Origin: Macrostomum hystrix
Taxonomy: Eukaryota > Animalia > Platyhelminthes
NCBI GenBank assembly: GCA_950097015.1
Contig: CATNEN010000001.1
Coordinates: forward strand, 24,676,001-24,740,000
DNA: 64,000 bases
Direction of reading: 5' to 3'
The notes beneath the pieces were generated by a model. That model saw only the letters and a program-made list of their open reading frames with translations. It was not told the DNA's origin and searched no databases. Position numbers and translations under genes: made by a program. Below, in pieces: positions 1 through 10,382 of this stretch (position 1 is its first letter; each line of letters opens with the position of its first letter).

Positions 1-430
1 TCAGATAGGTGTGACACTTCCCATTTGGCGATGTGGAGAGGCTCTCCGCTTGTAAATATATAAATATTTGTAGAAATTGATTTATTAGGCCTAGTCTAAA
101 TGTGTGCTAATTAGACAATAAAAACAATTGAAGTATGTAGCTAAATATTTTGAAAAGCCTACTCCTAACATTTACCAAACTAGTGTTTAGCATTAAGAAA
201 GTATATTTGCCTGTTTAAATTGCACTTTTTGTTGTTGTGATTTGGAATCACATTTAAACAACAATTATAACACAGCTGTTTTAATAACAAAATGAATAAT
301 AAATAATACACAAATGAAGAAAAAAAATTTAAACAATCCATTTTAGATTTAAAACTATAAATGATTATAATGTTAAAGTTAGAAGCATTATATTTCTATA
401 GGGCCTATGCTTTGTTTTTATAATAATAAT

Positions 431-1250
431 TGTTGTACTCGCGACTTCCCAGAGGGACGCCCCTAGGAGGGTCAGAGTACGCGGGCCCGTGCTGGCCTGC
501 GTCAGGGCGCGAGTGTCCGCACGGGACCCTAAGTCTGGGGCGTCAGGACGCACCCAAGTGGCCGGCACACGCGTCGGGACGCTGTGATGTTGATCACCCT
601 TCAGTGGGGCGTCAGGGCGCACAAGCTGGCGTCTGAGTACAGCGGGCGTACAGTACAGGGTGACCCCTGGCTGGCAACCTGGTCTAGTCCCCCTCCTTAG
701 TCGGCGTCAGGACACACGGACGGTCCCCACTACAGCCCCCGAAATGAAGGAGACAAGGCAGCGACTTACTTCTGGTTCACTCGCACTCGTGCGTGTAGTC
801 AACTTCGTGCAGCGGACTTCTGATTGCGGCTGGCAGACTGGGTGGTCGATATTTATTAGTTATTATTTGTGCGTGGGGGACGGGTTATGGAAACAGTAGT
901 CAGGCGTTGTAGAGCGTGAACACGCGCACGGGGCAGCCACCCGCCCCCGGCCGCGCCTTTATAGGACACGGCTCACCAAGGGCCGGGGCCCCCCCCCGCC
1001 CCACCCCCACCCACCACCCCGGCCCAGCCACCCACCGGCCAATCACGGCGCAGCTGGGGGAGGGGCAGCCTGGGGCGAGGACCAAAAAGGGCGGCCCAGC
1101 CAACCAGCGCGCAGCCAACACAATGGCGGCTAAGCGGCTTACACCACTGAGCCTTTAACGCCAAAACAACAATGCCAAAAACAACTGCGAGTGCACTTGT
1201 TGCGCGGGGGGGCGAGTGCACTTGAGCAGTGCAAGCGCACGTGCACAACA
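431..1250 (-). mobile_element. Solo LTR (Ty3/Gypsy-type), 820 bp
   Basis: GC-rich island in AT-rich flanks with TGTTGT...ACAACA termini and a 4-bp TSD TAAT (427-430 and 1251-1254). On the minus strand: TATA-like CCTATAAAGG (~955-965) and AATAAA (~852-857). A CCAAT motif lies near 1039 (+). Confidence 0.85.
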
Positions 1251-1547
1251 TAATATAGACAATATGATATTTAAGCTAACTATCTTTGTTTGTTCCTTTT
1301 TAAACAGCTATAGCAGTGTAATATGACAATATAATATGGTGCCTAGAAAATGTAGTGTCCTAGTTGTGCCACTATCAGTAGGCCTAGGCCTATTTGATAT
1401 CATTGGATGAGATGCCTAAGCAACAAGATAAGCAAAGGCACATTAGCAGATTTGTTATTGACAAAGTTAATAGGACTAGGTGTACAGGTGGATAGTAGCA
1501 TGGCCAATATAGCATTGGGGCCTAGTCAGTAAAATTAGTAAAATTTT

Positions 1548-1713
1548 ACACCACTTCACACCTCTTCAGATGCAATGCCAGGCCTACGGAGATCACGTTA
1601 GAAAACCTCTGGACTGATCCTGTTAAGGCCGCCACCTTCCTGAGACTACCGACGAGCGAGGTAGAGTGTGAGCGTCCCGAACTAGCCTAAAGGAAGGCTA
1701 CAACATACAACAC
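1548..1713 (+). mobile_element. 5'-truncated non-LTR retrotransposon 3' stub (I-group/Ingi-Vingi-like, clade uncertain)
   Basis: Translates as TTSHLFRCNARPTEITLENLWTDPVKAATFLRLP...ELA*, matching the HLFxC...LWxxP...FL C-terminal pattern of LINE ORF2. It is followed by a GCTACAACATACAACAC tail. Confidence 0.65.
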
Positions 1714-2663
1714 ATTGCTAATCCGGGCTGCATCTCGCTGCTTTTATATATTTTTTGTTAATTAAAAGTAAAGTACTTGTCTTCGTTCCTCGAACCCAGT
1801 TTCTGTTTAAGGCAGTGTTTTCACAGTGTACTCTTTGAGCACTCTTAAGTACTCGTACTCTGGTACTCTTTAAGGGCGTAGCAATAGAGTACTCTGGTAT
1901 TCATTTAAAGTGCGTACTTTGAAGTGGGCGAGTACTTTTTAAAGTGCAACGCATTTCAGTCTGTCATCATCAATCCTAATTTTGTACTATATGAAAGTGT
2001 CAATAATCGCTGGTACATTAGTACATTCTCGCAACGTAAAATTAGTAGATTTATTATATGCATTTTAAAGATACGTTGCTTAGTAAATAACAGATATGTT
2101 ATCAGTCCCATTAATTATACCCTACGTACAGAAGTAACACAACATAATATATATGGTAACGTGGCTTGATGGCACTGCTAATGTGTGTGTCTGCCCATTC
2201 GTGTTGTTGCATGTACAAAACAAGTGCTGTTTGGATAAATCTTTCCTTTAATTATGTTTTACGTTTTTTGACAGATGGGCATAGATAGATAGGTAGATAG
2301 ATCTCATACTGTCTCTCTCACTCTCCGATTCTCCGCGCTCCCTCCCGCTGTTTTAATTTTGTTTATTTTGTTCCCTAATAAAAACATAAATTCACCCTCT
2401 CCCTCCATATGTGGGTCCCACATTCGGCTGTCAGTCAGTCAAGGAGATATTAGCGCTCATCAAGATTTTGATACAGGAGTCAATGATGCAGTAGTCTGCT
2501 CTATTAAAGTGCTTCAGTGAGTATCCTCAGTACAAAGGCCGCTAAGTTTTGGAATATTTATTAAGTTTTTTGTTCATTTTATTGGGTGACATGATCAGAA
2601 GTAAAAAATAATTTCGAAATATTGAGCAATTAATGCACTTCGACCTGCTAAGGTGGCACACCT

Positions 2664-3152
2664 TCAATCTAGTTTAGAATTAGAAACAAATACTTTGCGT
2701 TTATTCTCACGTGTCCTTGAGTATTTTCCAGATGTTGCGGCGGCTGATCTCGGTGCTGATACTTCAGAAGCTGGTTCCTCCAGGATTGACATGCAGGGGG
2801 CTGACGCAATGGGTGCTGACACAGATGCCGCTGGGGCTAACGCAATGGGTGCTGACGCAGATGGTGCTGACGCAATGGGTGCTGACGCAGATGGTGCTGA
2901 CGCAATGGGTGCTGACGCAGATGGTGCTAACGCAATGGGTGCTGACGCAGATGGTGCTGACGCAGATGGTGCTGACGCAAATGGTGCTGACGCAGATGAT
3001 GCAATGGGTGCTGATACTCGATACTTCGGCTGCTTCTGTGCATTACACAATCTCGACGACTGGGCTGGGTATCGCCGATTCTTAGAGGCCTGCGATTCGA
3101 ATCGGGGTTTACTAGAGGGGCGCGGCCTCGACTCTCGTCCCTCGATATTCAG
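2664..3152 (-). CDS. -1-frame ORF reached from the gag slippery site; Ser/Ala/Pro-rich (SAPIA/SAPSA) repeat protein, no intact pol
   Basis: The -1 frame from G GGA AAC reads (GK)LNIEGRESRPRPSSKPRFESQASKNRRYPAQSSRLCNAQKQPKYRVSAPIAS... with no stop and is continuous with ORF 2664..3050. Confidence 0.55.
   Translation of the reverse strand: MNIEGRESRPRPSSKPRFESQASKNRRYPAQSSRLCNAQKQPKYRVSAPIASSASAPFASAPSASAPSASAPIALAPSASAPIASAPSASAPIASAPSASAPIALAPAASVSAPIASAPCMSILEEPASEVSAPRSAAATSGKYSRTRENKRKVFVSNSKLD
2799..3015 (+). repeat. 15-bp coding-type minisatellite (GCTGACGCAGATGGT / GCTGACGCAATGGGT)
   Basis: About 14 tandem units, open on both strands (GADAD/GADAM on +, SAPSA/SAPIA on -). Confidence 0.9.
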
Positions 3153-3158
3153 TTTCCC
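3085..3158 (-). promoter_or_regulatory. Putative -1 programmed ribosomal frameshift signal (G GGA AAC + downstream stem/pseudoknot)
   Basis: Heptamer at 3152-3158 in the correct phase. Downstream, GAGGG can pair with CCCTC, and the loop GAGGCCGCG can pair with CGCAGGCCTC further 3'. Confidence 0.65.
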
Positions 3159-4048
3159 TGATATCGGTACTGCTGCTGCTGCTGTGAGCTCTTGCAGTAC
3201 TTGGCAATATGCCCAACTTTGTTACAGTTAAAACATGTCGGCGGAGGCCTCGACTGTTGCTGCGGCTTCAGGTACGTCTTCGGCTGCATGAGCGGCTGAG
3301 GTGTTACCCTCTGGCATTCAGCCTTCCTCCTTTCCTGAATCAGGTCTTCAATCAGCTTCTTCTGCTTATTGATTTCATACTTCTGTCTCTCGATGGTCTC
3401 CTCCATCTTCTTATTCCGATCCTCGTCGAATTGCTCGTCTTTAACAACTCGAACTCCACTCTTGTGTGACATATGCCACGCTGCTTCGATGCGTCTCAAC
3501 ATCCTTCTAGCCTCTTGCAGGCTGGCTGGCTGTGCAAATATTAACTTTTCCCTAGTGTCGGAAGGGATTCTCGCTCCTTTAATGAACTGCTCTACTACTT
3601 CCTCCTCCCTTTGTTCTGCATTCATATTGGGGAATGCTTGCGCAGACAACTCAATCAAGGCATCTGCGAATGAGTCAACGGGCTCATTCCTCCCTTGCAT
3701 TCTACCTCTAAATTCCTCCCTAAACTCGGCTGAGCTTCCTAGTCTTCCGAATCTTTCGATTAGTCTTTCCTTCAACTCCTCATACGTTAAGTCTTCTGGC
3801 AGATTCAACCGCTGAACGGCTGCAAATGCAGTCGCGAGGTCTAGATTAGCTAATAGCTCATTCTTCCTATGTTCATCCTGTTCTAATCCTTCATTGTCGC
3901 ATCTCTGATCAAATGCTTTGAGCCAAATTCTGATGTCCTGGCTAGGTGTGTACTTTTGGATCTTTACGTGTCTCATGGGTCCTAATTCCAGTCTATTTCT
4001 TAATTCTTCTGCTAACAAGCCAATAGCATCATTGATTCCTGCGGCCAT
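3149..4048 (-). CDS. gag: Gag protein of an LTR retrotransposon (capsid-like region + CCHC zinc knuckle)
   Basis: 299-aa intact ORF with Gag-like motifs (KYTPSQDIRIWLKAF, RMQGRNEPVDSFADAL, EQFIKG) and the knuckle CFNCNKVGHIAKYC. It ends QGN* at a GGGAAAC heptamer. Confidence 0.9.
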   Translation of the reverse strand: MAAGINDAIGLLAEELRNRLELGPMRHVKIQKYTPSQDIRIWLKAFDQRCDNEGLEQDEHRKNELLANLDLATAFAAVQRLNLPEDLTYEELKERLIERFGRLGSSAEFREEFRGRMQGRNEPVDSFADALIELSAQAFPNMNAEQREEEVVEQFIKGARIPSDTREKLIFAQPASLQEARRMLRRIEAAWHMSHKSGVRVVKDEQFDEDRNKKMEETIERQKYEINKQKKLIEDLIQERRKAECQRVTPQPLMQPKTYLKPQQQSRPPPTCFNCNKVGHIAKYCKSSQQQQQYRYQGN

Positions 4049-4102
4049 ACCTTTATCTAACTTTCAAACTGACTGTGTGCTTTAGCTGGATTCCAATCCT
4101 TT

Positions 4103-4170
4103 ACCGCTGACACCAAGTTGTCGTAGGCCTACTTCTTAACTCCCACTGCTTTCACCAATTTGTCGTAGGC
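4103..4170 (-). promoter_or_regulatory. Two tandem primer-binding sites, each preceded by the LTR-terminal 10-mer GCCTACGACA
   Basis: Minus strand reads GCCTACGACA-AAT-TGGTGAAAGCAGTGGGA-GTTAAGAAGTAG-GCCTACGACA-ACT-TGGTGTCAGCGGT. The period is 42 bp and both PBSs resemble complements of tRNA-Leu 3' ends. Confidence 0.7.
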
Positions 4171-4927
4171 TCTCTCCTCTTTGGGTTAAATATCACCGAT
4201 ACTCTTTTATTAAATATTAAAAAAATTGCTTATTTCACACCTTGGATTACCCTTTGAAATAACTCTTAATTTCCCTTGTCTATGACTTAGTTATTCTTCA
4301 TAGGCTAGCTATGTATCCTCTTATTGCATATGCATATATTGTTTAACTTGGCCAGATAGGCTGCTTTCCTTCCAAAATTGGTAGCGTTCTCACGAGTGTC
4401 CGAGCGGCAAGACACTTCTTCCTCTCCTTACTAACTCACAACTGTCTGGCTCTCTGGTTTGTTCCCAGTCTTTCAAGGCTTCCAATGGACTGAAGTTGCC
4501 CAACTTTGCACACAGTGCTGTTCCACCAATCAGGATTTTACCCTCAGCTCTTTAGTTTTACACTCTACTACGGCTTTTTTTTATAACTATCTCCTTCTTT
4601 ATTCTTTCGAATGTTCACCAACTTGTGTATTATCACAGACCTGCTTTTCTCCTTCTCTCTAAAATAATTGAATTCAAACACTTTGAGATTTATTCTCCTT
4701 TGTTTTCTCAGAACTGGGCACGGGGCACCGGTTGGGGATTTTGGGCAAAACTGCATCTATATTTATAGCAAAATTGGGGTGGATGATACGGTGTATTATA
4801 ACAAAATGAAAATCGGGAAAAAGCATTTGGCGGGAATTCAACTTATAATTCTACGATAAAATTTGGGCCTGCCTCAGTAGATAGGCAAATAGATGGCTAA
4901 AATATAATATTGGATGAGTTCATGACA
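4161..4927 (-). mobile_element. 5' LTR of the gag-bearing element (outer end tentative)
   Basis: The inner end ...CTACGACA is fixed by the adjacent PBS. The best outer end is TGTCATGAAC (4927), giving TGTCA...CGACA termini. TATAAATA lies at ~4760-4767 (-). No 3' LTR copy was found in the window. Confidence 0.55.
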
Positions 4928-5181
4928 TACTAGCTAGCCATGTGCAAACCCCGAATCCAAAGAAAAAAATAATACAAATAGGAAATAAACAATTTCACTA
5001 CAAATTAAAAAACCCTTCAGTTAACAATGCAACTGTTTACATAAAAAAATAGAAAAAAAATAAGAACGTCTTGATAAAATCAGAGCAAATAGCTATCATT
5101 GTTTAATAAATACTGGAAAAACTAGCTAATGTAAAGATAATGTCAAAATAGCTAAAATAAGCTAAAGTATAAAAACAAGAA

Positions 5182-5861
5182 GGCAGAGCTTATTCCCACG
5201 GTCCCGTGCCGATAATTTCAATTTTATCCACACGGATCCGTGCCGATAATTTTCTGCTTATCCACACGGCAGCTTGTATGAATAGGCTAAGTCTAAAACT
5301 CTTTACATAAATATGCCGTGCCGTTAATTTCAATTTTATCCACAAGGTTCTGTTCTTTAAAACAAGGCCCTTTCGGGTTTGAACATTTTGTTGAACCCTC
5401 AAGCCAATAGATTGACAAAGTTGACAGTGTGTTACGACAGTGTTCTACATTCGACATACACATTCATTAACCGACATTAGTGTCATCCTTTTTAATTATT
5501 GTAATAACAACTTACTAAATCTTTTGTCATCGTTACGTGTTTTCATTCGAAAAGTATTGACTTAAAAAAGTAAGAAGTCTATCTAAGAAAATCATACGAG
5601 TCAACCAGTAGAATTCTAGTCAGCACCAAACTCGTCACACACATTATAAATCATTGCTATTCTTTTACACTATGCATTGATAGTGTACACTATACACTAT
5701 ACTCGGAAGCATAAGCCTTATGCTCAGAGAAGAATAGGTAGGGACTTGAAAGTAGACCTATTCATACAAGCTGCCGTGTAGATAAGCAGAAAATTATCGG
5801 CACATATCCATGTGGATAAAATTGAAATTATCGGCACGGGACCGTGGGAATAAGCACTTCC
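5182..5861. mobile_element. Mutator-like (MULE) MITE, 680 bp
   Basis: TIRs of ~105 bp (GGCAGAGCTTATTCCCACGGTCCCGTGCCG... and its near-complement ending at 5861), 9-bp TSD AAACAAGAA (5173-5181, 5862-5870), non-coding interior. Confidence 0.85.
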
Positions 5862-7860
5862 AAACAAGAAAGAACAAGCTTGGTTTAAAATTAAATCATT
5901 TGCTTAGATTCACACATTTCATTAAGTATAAAAACTGTCAATTCTTAACAAGATAGATACTGTCTTGATTATTGATAAACATATAACTAGGTCTAGGCAT
6001 AGCTAGTAGGCCTATATGTAATATAGGTAGGCCTAGCTATATATTTAAATTTATTTTATATAGAAAGTATAAAACTAAAATAAAGAAGCAGTGAGTTGGG
6101 CATACAACTATAACCAGCTATTTTTTAATCATATATTGCTAATAAATAGATGCATTCGATTAAACAGAGATTGTAAAATTCAAGTTAGTCACTGGTTAGC
6201 TTCATACTATGATTGCAGCATGATATAGTAACTAAAATAATATGAAGATCAATTATTCATTAAAAAATCTTTACAAAATTCGTCGAAGCAACATATTTTG
6301 TAAGTTATATCAAAAGAAGAGCTTTGTATCTGCTTCCAATAAAAAGTTATCAACGATTTAAGTTGAAAAAAGTGAAACGTTCCTATCTCGCTAGTGTATT
6401 TTTCCGTAAAAATCAGCCTTTAATAAATTTTCTAAGAAACGAAGTGTCCCGTCCTTCTTCTTCTAGTGGTCCTTGATCCGACGACCGACATACATCGATG
6501 TCGATGCATGTATTATGGAATTGAAACAAAAGAAAGCCATGTAAATTTAAAGATCACAGCGTCACAAAAGCCAAAAGATGTTAAAAAACGAAAAAGACAC
6601 AAATTTGACAAAAAATGTGTTCTAAATAACAAACTTTTTCCGACTAAGGACGATGTACTTTCTGTTGCGCTTGATACGATTTTGGCGGAAATTTAACGGT
6701 ATCTATTTTTATAAGATTCTAAGAAACATTAACTGCATATCATACAGATTCATACTCAACGTGATCAAAGCCTTCCATTCAAACATCTTAAGTGATTCCA
6801 TCAGTTCTGCGTTCTGTGTTTTCTAATCTTAAATATAAATCGCCTTATAGCCATTCTAAAGTGCCATGTTTCATCAAATGTCTTAACGGAGAAATTTCTT
6901 TTCACTGCTTTCAATAGTGAAGTGACGAATTCTTCACTTCTTCTAGAGTATAGACTAGACAGGACATGTTCCCATACATTTACGTTTTGCTATATTAACG
7001 TCGGTTTCTTATGTTCTGGTATACTTCATAATGTAATATAATCTGTTTTAGGTAGATTAAAATAACTATTTGAATAGCCATTGCCCAAGCTTATTACAAT
7101 TAGAGTTTCATAAACACTGAAAAACAAGCTAATAGCTATGAATGTTAATTAATTTAGATCACCTGGCCATTTCCTAGTCCTATGTTAAAAATAATAACAT
7201 AGTTATTGGTAGAACATAATAATAATAATAATAACAATTGGCCTAACATTAATAATAAACTTCTTCTAAATTCCAAAGCACTATATTTATATTGTTTTTA
7301 ATAGTCATTCTAACTTAAATTATAAACATTTTCATCATATTTAAATCTTTTTGCTTACTTAATAAGCGATCAAACTATTTTTTTCTTTAATTTAAGTAGA
7401 TATCTTTTGCCTTCAAACACTAGAAAAGTTAGACTAAAAATATATTTTGTATTTAATCTGCTAACTAGCTAGCTTAGTGATGATAAAGAGCTACTGGTAT
7501 TTTTAACAATATTACTCAAAGCCCAGGTATTTCTAAAAAAATAATAACTAGTGACTTCTATTGAGTTTTAAATCAAATTTTAAGTAGAGTTAAATAAAGT
7601 TAAAATATTTTTTATTATAAAACAATTTCTCATATTCTAAAGACATGAAAGGCATGATTATGCTATTATTACAATAGCTAGTAAAAGCTTAAATAACTTT
7701 GTTATGGCAATTTATATTGTTAAATATCTACCTTTGTTTATAAGGCAAAAGAAATTTATATTCTTTCAGCCTGCTCCTTAAATCCTACAAAAATTGGAAA
7801 CAGAAGAAAACTCTGGCTGAAGAAATAGCCAACACATTTGCCATATCAAATACTTCACAA

Positions 7861-9283
7861 ATGCCAAAGCATCATCAGTCTGCAGGTTCTAGTGGAAGGC
7901 ACTCTGACAGGCACAGCAAGAATCAGCAGCAGCAGCAGCATCGTAGGCGTCCTGTAAAGGTAGCCCCACAGCAGGTGCCACAAGAGCCTGTTAGTGATGA
8001 CGATGTTGACGGCAGTGGTGTCAAGGGTCTGGATGTGGTGCCTTATGGCGTGAAGTTTGATGCTTTACTACAGGAATCGGCTTTCAGGCAGCTTGGACAG
8101 CAGAGACCGCAACAGCAGCAGCAGCAGCAGCTGGTAATTTGCCACAGATGAAATGTTAACACTTGAAGGAACTCTAGATAGATAGAAAATAAGATCAATT
8201 GAACTGCCACCTAGCCTATTCAGGCTTTATGTGTCCTGCACTCAAAATATTATTTTACCTGGGCTTTCAAGATTAGAACACCCGACCTATCGGTAAAAAT
8301 CCGTTAACTCAAAATATTGGGCTTAGACGCTAAATTTACTTTTAAGTGCTCCGCGTGTATAGCTCTGCATGTATTGTTAGTTGGTTCAACCCGTTCAGAC
8401 GGTCCAGAAGCTCCGTCTTGGTGAAGGCCATAGGCCCATATGGCCTATTGACATCGAAAGCTGATGAAATTTGTACTGAGGTTGTGTTGATTGGCGTTCT
8501 GTCAATCAACTGTTCATAATAACTGTTCTAAATTGAATTTATTAGCGCTTTTGGGATAAGGTTGCTCCTTTCAGTACAAGCAACACAAAGTTTCATAGGG
8601 TGTGTAAAAATTGCCCTTGGTACTTCTACTGTTGATGTGACGTGAATCCTTCTCTGCAGGGTCTCGTTACAGCATCAGCATCGGCCCGAGCCGAACGCCA
8701 TCCTCTATGGCCAGATCCAAACCTTCTGGGAGCTGCCCTAGCATTGGCAATGTCCTCTGACTGCTCCGAAGGCTCTGAGAGTGGATTTAAGGCATCAAAG
8801 GAAGCCGCGGTGGCAAATTATTTGAAACTGTTCGGATTTAAAACGCTGCCAAGCTGCCTGCCAGAAACTGCGCCATCCAGCGATGATGATGGTGACGCGG
8901 ATTCCGTAACCAGCAGTGACGATGACTTTGATTCGAACAGCGAGTCCGAAACAGAAGACGAAAATTCTGAAACTTTCAGTTGTATTCGCGAGCGAGAGTT
9001 CAACTGGCTGGATACTGACTGCGTCGCAGTGAAAGATGTCGAATTCAACCAACTGAAAGTGTCTTCAATTGCGTCAGTGGCTAATCCGACTCTGTCAGCA
9101 GAGATGGACGCGGCTTCACCGCTTGAGCCGCTGTCACCGCAGCCCCAGCAGACGCCGCCGCTGCTGCTACCACCGCCGCCGCCGCCGCTGCCACCTCTCC
9201 CTGATGCTAGACCGCCGGTGAGGCAGACGCGTGCTCTGAGCGAACTGGACGACGATCTGGACCGATTGCTGATGGAAGATTGA
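7861..9283 (+). CDS. Two-coding-exon gene (7861-8133, 8660-9283), ~298-aa low-complexity protein of unknown function
   Basis: Donor CTG|GTAATT and acceptor TCTCTGCAG|GGT are both phase 0 and join two ORFs. The protein has polyQ, an acidic Ser/Asp tract, polyPro and an acidic C-terminus (DDDLDRLLMED). An upstream acceptor CTTTCAG lies at ~7769. Confidence 0.65.
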
Positions 9284-10382
9284 CGACTTGGCGCACGACG
9301 CGAAGGACACGAAGTCTCATGTCAGCGATGCAAAAATATTTCCAACTGAAATGATTCTTAGAAATGTAGCCTATATTCCCGCCTACAATTTTGTCAAACT
9401 TTCTTTGTACCTTCTGTATAGTTTTTTGTATGCATTTTTGTTGTTTCCACAAAGAATTTAAAATATGATATTTGAGGAAACATTCTACATTCTACAAACT
9501 AGCCACGCACATTTCGGATTTTATAGATTTTCTTGACTTTCACACTACTTTCACACCATTCGTGTTCGAGTAGTAAATAGTGATCATTAGGTATGTGGTT
9601 TCTGCATTTAACAGTTTATTGCGCTAACGATGCATATGCATAAAAATGCTAGGATATCAGTAGCTTTTCTGAAGTTATAGCTACACTTCTATTACCGACC
9701 CTTTCACTTAACGACGCTCTCGTTGATGTCATTAAATGGATCTAAAATGTTGAAAAATGATAGAGGATTGAAATTAATTGCTTGATTCCGGTTTCCGTTG
9801 CTGCTGCTGCTGTTGCTACTAAAAGCAACCGGAAATCAGCAGCACTGGAAAGATATTTTACTTTCAGCAGACAAAACCTCGTATTAAATGGACTTAGCAA
9901 GAAGCAGTAACTAATGCCAATTAATTAGTACTTGGATATATAGTTCGATTGTTATGGTGTTAGTCGTGTGAGCTTGCCTATAAGTTCTATAATCCTTCAA
10001 TTATTGTGAAACACGATGCTTGTGTACGCTCGATAATGAAAGCTTCTGACACAAATGACTGGCAGTCTCACTCCGTCTGCTCTGGGCAGTATTAAAGGAA
10101 ATGTCAACCAAAGGCCCTAGAATGGAGCCCGTGGTCAATCCTCGAGCCAAACCGACTGCCATCAGTAGCTCGTCGATCCTATCCCAAGTACCCTGGGGGA
10201 ATATTTGGGACCAGCGACTGATTTCGATCAGTCGGTTTGGTTCCGGGCTCCATTCTAGAGCCTTAAGTTGACATCCCATTTATTTAACATACCGTAGTGC
10301 TATCTGTAGACCAATTAAGGCATTGAATACCCGTTAAATTATATTATATATAACAGGCTTCATGTAGATATATACCATGCCA

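Noticed and set aside
5433-5439. TACGACA as a perfect inverted outer end for the LTR starting at 4161
   Set aside because: It lies inside the TSD-flanked MULE MITE (5182-5861), so it is probably coincidental; 4927 is preferred.
6466-7030. Possible transposase or viral relic (ORF 6466..6696; minus-strand NVWEHVLSSLYSRR)
   Set aside because: Too short and too weakly similar to any motif to support a call.
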